NCBI RefSeq assembly: GCF_000497125.1
Contig: NC_090597.1
Span: 1,313,797-1,377,796, forward strand
Length of the DNA stretch: 64,000 nt
Source: Spironucleus salmonicida
Taxonomy: Eukaryota
Direction: 5' to 3'
Under the pieces are notes generated by a model, which made no database searches, was not told the DNA's origin, and saw nothing but the letters and a program-made list of their open reading frames with translations. Both the position numbers and the translations under genes were made by a program. This document shows, piece after piece, positions 1 to 8,545 of this stretch (its first letter is position 1; the number at the start of each line of letters is the position of its first letter).

Positions 1-656
1 CCAAGGCCGTTTAGAGAAAGTCCAGCAAAAACTTGCAGTCGATCGCTGAAACTAAACCCTGATATAATACTTCCTTACTGAACCTGGATTCTAATTTCTT
101 CGAATCTCTTACATTAAAATTTCTCATTAAATAATTATTCATCAAAAAGCATATTAGACCATTTCCCCTTAATTTTGATACTTATTGTTCCATTAAAAAT
201 TTTTAATACATTCAACTTGTCTGTAAATTCAAAAATTTATTAAATTTTACTGTTAGACAATATAGTTTCCAAAAAATACTACTGATAATGCAAGAACAGA
301 CTTTACTTTGATTTGCTAAATTAATAACCAATAGTATATTTTTAATACTTTCTTTGAATTTTAACAGATTTTTTTTCGAAAACTGCTTAAATTGTTGATA
401 AAGTTGGAATTGAAAAGTATGAAAATTGTGATTTAATTTATTACCCTATAGAAAATGAATATGAGTAAGAAGATTTATTTAAGGTAGTTGATGAATGCTC
501 GACTTCTATTTATACATTTGTTTTTGTTGAGTAGCTCAGTTTTACTACATTTGGGTTAACATTATTGAGTTCAGGTACTAACTTATAGAAGGAGAAGAAA
601 TTTGGATCATTTTGCTTAGAAATTAATTATGTTAACTTATATGGGTGAAAGTTCAT
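1..656 (-). CDS. Hypothetical protein, 3'-partial (runs off window start); beta-strand-like alternating pattern
   Basis: Table-6 ORF MNFHPYKLTQLISKQNDPNFFSFYKLVPE...SIISGFSFSDRLQVFAGLSLNGL, open for 218 codons to the window edge. Confidence 0.6.
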
Positions 657-757
657 TTAACAAAATTAGATAAGATATTATATTATAGTAATCAATATAT
701 AAGCTAAATTTCTCTTTAAAATGATTATGTTCGTAACGAACCTTTTAGTATTATAAA

Positions 758-2389
758 ATGTTTGTACTGACACTATAACATTTACAAAACTGCCCAACAT
801 TAAACTAATCCTCTCATATAGATTTTTATGGCTTTTACATCAACGACACACATATTTAACTTGAAATTCCAACCAAATTCCCAGAAATTAAAATTTCAGA
901 GTTTCCTGATATGAGTAACGCGATGAAGTTTATATAAAGTGGAAAAGATGGATCATTCTATTGTTATAACGAAAACTCTAAATTTTAACGACTAGATGCT
1001 TGTAATATCTTAACTATTTAATTTCCAGAAGCTAACTTCATTCATACACTTGTTGAGAAGGATGGTGTATTTTTCGAGATCAAAAATTTTTACTATGAAA
1101 CATTCCATAATATTGGTAATTTTGAAATAATTTCTGAAGTGCTCTTTTTAGGAGACGAGATTATCGCGAAAATACCATAATTAAGTACAAACTTGAAGTT
1201 CCAAATAGATACAATCGGATATTTTATATAAAATACCCTTATTCAAACTGCGTATTGCAATAGTCAATAGATACCTGTTGTAGATGCTAAAATAACATTC
1301 TCAAACCTGTGTAAAACGATATAATTTACACTTTTGAACGGTTAGAATGTAGATTTTTAGCTCAAATTAGAGAATACAGTTTACTATAACTATATATATT
1401 CTCCTGGAGATATTAAAACTAATCTCATAGTTGGATTAGGTGATGTATGTAAAATTGTATAAGAACATATTTTCGAAGCCTTAAAGTCTAATTTTTCATG
1501 CCCTAAAAATTAAACTTTAATTGAAGATACCTGCATTTTAGATTGTCTTTTAGAAAATAATTGCCCTTCCATCTGTCCTGAAAACCACGAGAACATCGAC
1601 GGCGCTTGTTATGATTGCGGGATAAATGGTCATTTAGTGGAAGGATAATGTGAACAAATCGAATGCGAAGTAGGTCAAGTCCTTATTTAGGGGGAATGTA
1701 CAGAATTAGAATGTGGCGAATTTGAGGAGTGGAATGGAGCTTAATGTATCGCTATAATATGCAAGAAATATTCAATAATTATAGACCATAGTTGTGTTGA
1801 GTGCGATCTTGACGAAATAGTAAATGGAAATAAGTGTTAGAAGCTCATTTGTGGAGACTTTGAAATTATACATTAGCATATTTGCATCAGTTGTGGTATA
1901 GGCGAACTAGTGGAAAATGGTTATTGTGTAGAAATTATATGCAAAGAAAATTAAGAACTATTAGGGGATTAGTGTCAAGATATTGTTTGTGGAAATAACC
2001 AAATACTCGAAAATGGAATGTGCGTAAGCTGTGCTGAAAATGAAATTATTGTATTAGGAAAATGCAAGGAAAATCCGTGTAAAGAAGGTTAGTAGTTAAT
2101 AGGCATTTTCTGTGTAGACCCAACGTGCCCTATAGGTACAGTATTTTAAAACGGAAAGTGTGAGCAAATCATATGTGATATCGGTTGGATTTTAGTTGGT
2201 AATAGATGTGAGCCCATATTGTGTTAGGAGGGTGAGATTTTCATCAACGGGTAGTGCATAGAAAACGAAATTGAGGCATGTGAAGAAGGATAAATTTTTG
2301 AGGATGGTGAATGTGTTGATGGAGCAGTAGCTATAGGAGTAGTCTTGGGGCTGATTGGAGTAATTGGTGCACTCGGAAATCTAGTTTGA
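758..2389 (+). CDS. Cysteine-rich surface protein (543 aa) with tandem Cys repeats and C-terminal hydrophobic tail
   Basis: MFVLTLQH... start; Cys repeats from ~1500 (CPSICPENHENIDGACYDCG...CEEGQIFEDGECVDG); ends AVAIGVVLGLIGVIGALGNLV-TGA. Confidence 0.85.
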
Positions 2390-2560
2390 TTTGAGTTTCT
2401 TTATTTACCCCCATTACATATAGACTCTTTTGAGTTGAAGAACTGTAACTTTAGTCTAAATTAATTTATAAGTTTGTTGTAATTATACCTCGTCATAGGT
2501 TTTAAATAATATACTACAACTAATACCACTAATTTTTTAATTTGTTAGCTTAAAATATAC

Positions 2561-2950
2561 TCAGTCTAGTTCAGCCTGCTTGTCCAGGAGGAAGCGCTCG
2601 AGAGATGGGTTCCCGCGGCGGACGAGAACCCAGAGCATGTAAAAAATAACCGTGGCGCAGGCAAAGCTGATGTCTAGGACTATGGCCTGGTAGTACATGG
2701 TGCGTGTGCGGTTATATTTTGCCTGGTCCTCCGCCGGGCACACCTGTAGGGATAATTCCACTTCTCCATAAAGGGCACAGAACTTACTGATGCAGTCGGG
2801 TAGTGCCGTACCGAGGTGCCAAGTGACGCCACCGGCCGCTGCGAGGAATAATAGAGAGATAATTGGGAGCAGAGCTGCTGCATGGAAGGATGCTGTACGG
2901 CTGCGGGAGCGCATTAGGAGTGGGGAGAAGAGGAGGGCTGAGTAAAGCAT
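2561..2950 (-). CDS. Hypothetical membrane protein (start uncertain)
   Basis: 129-aa ORF ending in TGA, two to three hydrophobic stretches; the frame is open upstream of the ATG. Confidence 0.55.
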   Translation of the reverse strand: MLYSALLFSPLLMRSRSRTASFHAAALLPIISLLFLAAAGGVTWHLGTALPDCISKFCALYGEVELSLQVCPAEDQAKYNRTRTMYYQAIVLDISFACATVIFYMLWVLVRRGNPSLERFLLDKQAELD

Positions 2951-3069
2951 GCGCGGTCGCCTAGTCCAAGACTGCCAGGTATACGATTCCGTTGTATACT
3001 TTTTGTACCCCTAACAAAACCGGCACAGCTACCTACGTATACTAACATATCTGTGACCACTCCTCCATT

Positions 3070-3474
3070 ATGAGTTTACCTAACCATCTTTCTCAGCTCG
3101 CGATCGCCGTCACGCAGCAGGCCGCAACTGAACCACCGTTCTCGGCTAACTATGATGTATTCAAGTCGCTGCCTTCTACTGGAGATTTTCTATGCACGGT
3201 GTGTTAGGCCTCCCTCTTCCCGGGCGCCGCCAAGTTCGATGCGAAGTGCGGCTGGCCTGCCTTCTGGAAGGGCGATGAATCTAACCTCAAAGAGCTGGTG
3301 GATACCTCTGGTGGAAGGAAACGGACCGAGGTACGCTGCGCTCAGTGTGACGCACACCTCGGTCATCGTTTCGATGGCGAGCACTTCGGCAACCCCAAGG
3401 ACGTACGTTATTGTATCAACGCAGTTAGCGTGCAGTATGCGGGTCCAGACGGCCAGAAAAAGATATTCGAATGA
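3070..3474 (+). CDS. msrB: Peptide methionine-(R)-sulfoxide reductase MsrB (Cys-type, Zn-binding)
   Basis: TEPPFS, CTVC(Q=TAG)ASLF, KFDAKCGWPAF, RTEVRCAQCDAHLGHRF, RYCIN; missing from the ORF track because of the in-frame TAG. Confidence 0.95.
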
Positions 3475-3476
3475 CC

Positions 3477-3828
3477 TCACTTCTTTTTACTTTTTGCCTG
3501 CGCCGCCTCGAAGGCCGCTTTCTACTCCTCATCTTTTTTCTTTTCCTCATCTTCCGCCTACTGCTACATATAGGTCATTACTTTCTGCTACAGTTCCTCA
3601 CGGGCCTGGGCTAGCAGCAACTCTTGGTCATCAGCGTCTGAGAAGAACTCTAAGTGGACCGGCTAAGAAAACTCGTCCGTGCCTACCAGCACCCTGAAGT
3701 GTACGGACCACTGGGACTCCGAGTTCACACAGAGCTCCGCCAGGCGGTCCTCCTAAGATATCACTGTTGGGCCGTTGTGGATCACCACCTCCCCAGCGCT
3801 GCGCGACGTAGCGAATATAGTTTTACAT
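3477..3828 (-). pseudogene. Frameshifted gene (or assembly indel) for a ~116-aa protein with charged coiled C-terminus
   Basis: MQNYIRYVAQRW in one frame, EVVIHNGPTVISQEDRLAELCVNS...EAAQAKSKKK-TGA (AAGTGA) in the +1 frame; span is 3n+1; switch near the G4 run (cccc at 3791-3794). Confidence 0.6.
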
Positions 3829-3911
3829 AAAAAGGTTTTATAACATATGTTGATAAATTTATAATAGTATTAATATATTTTATAAATATATAACAATAGC
3901 TTCTTAATGTA

Positions 3912-4148
3912 TCACACCTCGAGCATGCTAGTGTTCGGGGTGGTCATTGATACAAGCTATACAGGGTAACGTGGTAGCTTCTTGAGTTACTAACGCCTTT
4001 AAAATTGGGTACTCACGTAACCCAACACCACGAATAACAAGATCAACCCTACCGCTATCAATAATATCCATCCTTCATAATAATTGTCGTCCTTACTACT
4101 GTCACTACTACTGTCATCACTACCTGTTGAGCCTTCTCCATCTCCCAT
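3912..4148 (-). CDS. Small single-pass membrane protein (78 aa)
   Basis: MGDGEGSTGSDDSSSDSSKDDNYYEGWILLIAVGLILLFVVLGYVSTQFQRRQQLKKLPR...MLEV; CCACTCC motif upstream. Confidence 0.8.
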
Positions 4149-4324
4149 GAAATATGGAGTGGTAAAAATTGATTGATTTATTTATTAATATAATATTTAT
4201 TACTAATCAATCAAAAATATACTATACCTTTTAAATATAATTAAATTTCAGATATTAACTAAATTGATTTACAAAAGATTAAAAAATAGGAATATCTCTT
4301 TTATTAATATTTCTACAAATTTTA

Positions 4325-4960
4325 TCACTCTAATCGGATATCATCTACAGACATACCTGTAATTTAACTTAATAGGTAAACAGATTAGTGTTTAAACAAT
4401 TCTTATGACTCAGATGTAGATTCATTTGGATCTGAAACCTCTTATATTTAATAATTACTAAAAATATTATTTTTAACTTCATACTTTGGCGTTGGTATTA
4501 GGTTATGTTAAGAAACTCTACTCATTAATAATGATTAAACATCAACAGAGCTATTTTCAGCATCATCCTCAGTAACTTAATACACCTTTTCGATGTTAAG
4601 CTTAAGTTATTTTTTATACTTCTTAGTCTTAACAATAGGTTATATTAATACTTCATCTGTAGATAATTATTATTCAATTTCTTCTGTAATAATATTGATT
4701 TAATCTGTAATTTATTCAATTTGTAAAGTACTGTCCTTATTTTTTAATTCAATTTATGAATTCATAAAAGTCCCCTAAACAAGAAAACTTGAAGTATTAT
4801 TAGATCTATAAAGATTATTTCTAGTTAAAGGCGTTAATGTATTTTTTGAAGTTGTTTATGATTAGCTCTACTTCTTATTAGTTGTAAAATGTACACGTGA
4901 CTTTGTTAACGGTTACAGAGGTACAAAAGATATTTATGTGATATGAAGGTTACGACTCAT
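4325..4960 (-). CDS. Hypothetical protein (211 aa)
   Basis: Table-6 ORF MSRNLHITQISFVPLQP...MSVDDIRLE ending in GAGTGA. Confidence 0.7.
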
Positions 4961-5773
4961 TTTTCAGTAATAATTATAATATAATTATTTACAGAATATG
5001 ATTGAAAGGATGACATTTTGTTTTATATTTATTTATTTAATTATATTATCAGTCTTTCAATGGTTTTATATTACGGATATATTTTCTTATCATAATTTAG
5101 TATAATTTATCGCAAAATTAATCAATCTTTGATATCAGTTTTACTATATATAGAAATATAATTTTTTAGTATAGAGTTTTCTGTAAATATTTTTGATATG
5201 CAATTAATTTTTTAATATTATAATTTGTTCTTTAGTTAACACTATTGATTTACAAAATATAATGTTTATTTAAAAAATATAATATTGGCATGAAATGAAT
5301 TATTTAGCCGTAATGTAATTTTTTGCTAAATTATAACTGGGTATAGTAAGCCATCATAGTTTATTAAGATTAATGAAGATATGATAACATTTAAATAATC
5401 TATTTTATAAAGATCGCGCGAGTATTGCCCAACGTGAAAGACGCCGCGGGACCTGCGGCAGAAAGCGGAGCGCCAGCAGGCCCACCAACTCGCGGTGGTG
5501 GCGTCCGCAACAGGGTCTCCATCGTTTTTGGTCCGTGAGCGCTCTCTGCCTCACACAAGGTCGAGGTGGGCTGGCACCTGCCCTGCTTCGGTGTCGCACT
5601 TCTGGGGAGAAGGTCCCGGAGGTGGTGAGACCGGGAGACAGCTGCTGGCGCTGCGTGGATGGCTGAGAGTGGCTCGAGCGTCCGGCGGTTCATTTGGGAC
5701 CCTGGAGTACCCGGCCGTATGCACAAAGGTCGCTCCGAAGGCGCCAGAATACATATATAACTGCAGCCACAAA

Positions 5774-6031
5774 ATGGAGGAGGCGCTGCTGGCTCGCATA
5801 TCGGCACAGAACGAGGCCCTGGAGGCCCAGGTGGCGGCCCAGACGCTGCAGCTTACCGCACTGCAGCATGGCCGCAAGGGCCAGGCCGCGGCAGGGGTGT
5901 TCCGCCAGAACGCCCTCCTGCAGGCGCAGAACCGGGAGCTCCAGGACAAGGTGCTGGCGCGGGAGGCGGAAAGCCACGCGCTCAGGCAGCAGCTCCACGC
6001 GCTGCAGCGTGGGGGTGCGGCGGTGGAGTGA
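5774..6031 (+). CDS. Small coiled-coil protein (85 aa), repeat copy 1
   Basis: MEEALLARISAQNEALEAQ...GGAAVE; ACATATATAAC and AAAATG upstream; stop in GAGTGA; strong GC3. Confidence 0.7.
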   Translation: MEEALLARISAQNEALEAQVAAQTLQLTALQHGRKGQAAAGVFRQNALLQAQNRELQDKVLAREAESHALRQQLHALQRGGAAVE

Positions 6032-6069
6032 GGGACGCATTCACTGGCAGCGGGCGAGCGCTGGCGCCG

Positions 6070-6279
6070 TCACGGCTCCTCCTCCTGGTCCAGGATGATG
6101 ACGTCCTGCAGGTACAGCTTGGTGGGCTCGCGCAGCTCGTAGAGGTCCCGGCCGCCGCTCACCTTCTGGTACACGACGATCTGACGCAGGTACTCGTCCT
6201 CCATCAGCGCCTCCAGGCTCCCGCAGGACCTGCTCTTCTGCCGGGACAGCCGGGCACGCCACGGTCGTCTGGCCTCCAT
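6070..6279 (-). CDS. Small hypothetical protein (69 aa), repeat copy 1
   Basis: MEARRPWRARLSRQKSRSCGSLEALMEDEYLRQIVVYQKV...; GC3-biased codons; pyrimidine-rich upstream spacer. Confidence 0.55.
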   Translation of the reverse strand: MEARRPWRARLSRQKSRSCGSLEALMEDEYLRQIVVYQKVSGGRDLYELREPTKLYLQDVIILDQEEEP

Positions 6280-6387
6280 TCTGGTGAGAGGGGCCCTCTG
6301 GAAGAAACCGGAAACCGATTTCGGAATGTGGTACGGAAGTGCGCCCGCTCCCTTTCGGGTGCGCTGGAAGGGAAGTGAGGAAGTCGC

Positions 6388-6801
6388 TCAGATCGTCGTC
6401 TCGGTCGTCTTGCCCCCGCGGCAGGTCTGCACGTGCTGGACCTGCATCACCACCACGATCCTGCCGGCGTCCTGGAGGTACTGCTGCACCTCGGGCGTGA
6501 AGCTCTCCTCAAACACCCTCGCGTTAGCGGGCGTGTTCTCGAGCACCTGGAGCTGGCCGGAGAGCGAGGCGTGGTCCTGCGAGCACAGGTCCCCGATGAG
6601 CATGGTGCCCCTGTCGTTATCCAGAAGCGACTGCGCGATCTTGCTCGTTTTGCTCACAGTAAATACAAATCTTTATAGAGAAGCTGATGATGTTATCATC
6701 ATCTAGTTAAAATGAGGATATCCACCTTTACATATAGTAAGTATAGCACCCTTGTTATCACTTTTTTAGTTAATTTACTCAATCTCAGACCAGATAGACA
6801 T
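6388..6801 (-). CDS. Pyridoxamine 5'-phosphate oxidase-like / general-stress-protein FMN-binding split-barrel protein (137 aa)
   Basis: MSIWSEIEQINQKSDNKGAILTICKGGYPHFNQM...RFVFTVSKTSKIAQSLLDNDRGTMLI...SLSGQLQVLEN...; one continuous frame across the repeat boundary. Confidence 0.75.
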
Positions 6802-6920
6802 GATTTGATAAAGGGAAATTTATATTTACTTATTATTATGTGGTACAGTATATAATCATAAAAACTATACATTTGTATATAATTCAGAATCTTGTGTTTA
6901 TAAATATTATAATAATAAAA

Positions 6921-8165
6921 TCACTTTCGCATTTATTTCATTGGCCTGACATTAGGATTTCTTTTCAAGAAATATGCCACATCCTATTCAACTTAAGCTT
7001 TCCCAACTCCCTTCATTAAGTCATCTCCAAATTCCATACCCCGCTACTTTTTTTGATACTTTGCCATTTTGATCTATCTTTCCTCATAAAGTTCAGGGTG
7101 TAGTAAATGAGGCTACTTATATCCTGCAAAGCGCTTTTTCGTTAGGTCTGCTAAGTTATAAACAGTTCCTTTTAAGTCAAAATGTTTGATTCCTTTTGAG
7201 GTTGAAACAACACCATCTTCTATATATACAGCCACACGCATGAGACCTTAATTAGAACATTTTGGGCACATAAGCTTTCTAGCTACTTAAACCTGATCAT
7301 ATTAATGAAATTCACGTATATATGGTAAATTTCTAGCGTAATCTAATACTTCTTAAGTGTCTAAATATACTTATAGGCAAGATGAACATTTTAAAGCAAA
7401 TCTTTTAACTTCTGTAATACGTTGTTTTGAACTGTTAATAAGTTGGAGTTTAATTGCTAATATAATATTTTACATACCCTTATCTTCCGTATAAATAGCT
7501 AATACTTCAGATATTTCGTTTAATTTGATATCTGATGGATTATTAATAAGTTTCTCTTCAATATTTTCCTTTGTTATCCAACCGTCCCCAAAAGAAAGAT
7601 CGGGTTTATCTGATTTTACTTCTACTGGTTTTTGAGGAGTATGAACTGATTGCCATGGGGCTGTTGAAATATGTTGCTTATTCATTTCTGTAAGAGCTTT
7701 GAGGGCGGCAAAAATTGGGTCGGATGCTTCTTTATCATCGGATGATTCGTTTGGTTAATAAACTGGTTCACAACTTAATTATTCATCACTATTATTTTAC
7801 TAAATATTAAGTGCATCAGATTTAATTTTTAATTAATTCTTATCCAGTTTCTAAACTTCTTCAACTTGAATGTTAAGTTGTTTAGCAAGTTGGACGCCAA
7901 GTGCAATTACTTCCATATCTGGTCTAGAAAGTTATCCAAATTAGTTAAGTCGGTATGCTTATTCAACGACAAAGTTATAATTTTGTCTGTCTGGTTAAAC
8001 AACTAATAGATTATGAGCTGATTAAAATGTCTCTAAATATAGTTTTGAATTTTCATCTTTTACTTCAGCTATTACAGATGGTGTTGTATAATAATTTTTC
8101 GATTATACTAGCTCTGATCTATTGACAAAGAAGTTTGTATCAAGAATAAGGTGTTCTAATTCCAT
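6921..8165 (-). CDS. NOB1: 20S pre-rRNA endonuclease NOB1 (PIN domain plus Zn ribbon)
   Basis: LILDTNFF, TTPSVIAEVKD, LSRPDMEVIAL, CSSC...CPKC, C-terminal KRNPN. Confidence 0.92.
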
Positions 8166-8235
8166 AGTGAAGTGGAAAAAGAAAAGGTTTATGTTATAAT
8201 ATATAATAAATAAAATAATTCTAACAAAATAGAAA

Positions 8236-8481
8236 ATGCCAGATATCAAAATTCTAAGCTGGACTGGTGTAGTTTTTGTTAATCCTGATGAATAAATGTT
8301 ATGTTCTATTTGCAAGCAACCTGCAGATTTTCCGTGTCCAGTGTGTGAAGATTTATAAACTAGTAAATGCAAGTAAATTTCTGGTTAATGTGGTCACCTA
8401 TTTCATGTGCACTGCATTGATAACTGGATTGCTGAGCATTAGACATGTCCTCTGTGTTCTGAATCATGGCAACCAAAGTGA
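8236..8481 (+). CDS. RING-H2 protein of the Rbx1/Apc11 family (81 aa)
   Basis: IKILSWTGV, CSICK...CPVC...C...GQCGHLFHVHCIDNWI...CPLC...W. Confidence 0.88.
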
Positions 8482-8525
8482 ACTTATTATTCATATTATT
8501 TTATCTATTATAAAGTAATTTTGAT

Positions 8526-8545
8526 CCACTCCATTCCCGCAAAAT
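8526..8545 (+). promoter_or_regulatory. C-rich initiator plus CCGCAAAA motif upstream of WDR63
   Basis: CCACTCCATTCCCGCAAAAT immediately before ATG; similar motifs at other starts. Confidence 0.6.

Larger units (their letters stand above)
5425..6643 (+). repeat. Left arm of 1,219-bp GC-rich inverted repeat (partner 22549-23767)
   Basis: Reverse-complement match from TTGCCCAACG to GCGCGATCTTG; only three substitutions noticed by eye; mirrored ORF sets in the track. Confidence 0.97.

Noticed and set aside
1500-2320. CRISPR-like periodicity
   Set aside because: Degenerate protein-level Cys repeats in a eukaryotic CDS; no identical DNA repeats.
3070-3474. Selenoprotein MsrB
   Set aside because: The catalytic residue is TGT (Cys); no in-frame TGA and no room for a SECIS before the convergent gene.
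3152-3697. Track ORFs 3152-3697 (+) and 3190-3480 (-)
   Set aside because: Off-frame and antisense shadows of msrB and its neighbour.
5600-5645. RNase MRP/P-like word GGGGAGAAGGTCCCGG, and GAAA hairpins near 6345-6360
   Set aside because: Only short hairpins expected at this GC content; no full conserved-region set or ribozyme core found.
5400-6706. Many overlapping ORFs in the track over both repeat arms
   Set aside because: Shadow frames expected in stop-poor GC-rich DNA; only frames with GC3 bias and start/stop signals were kept.
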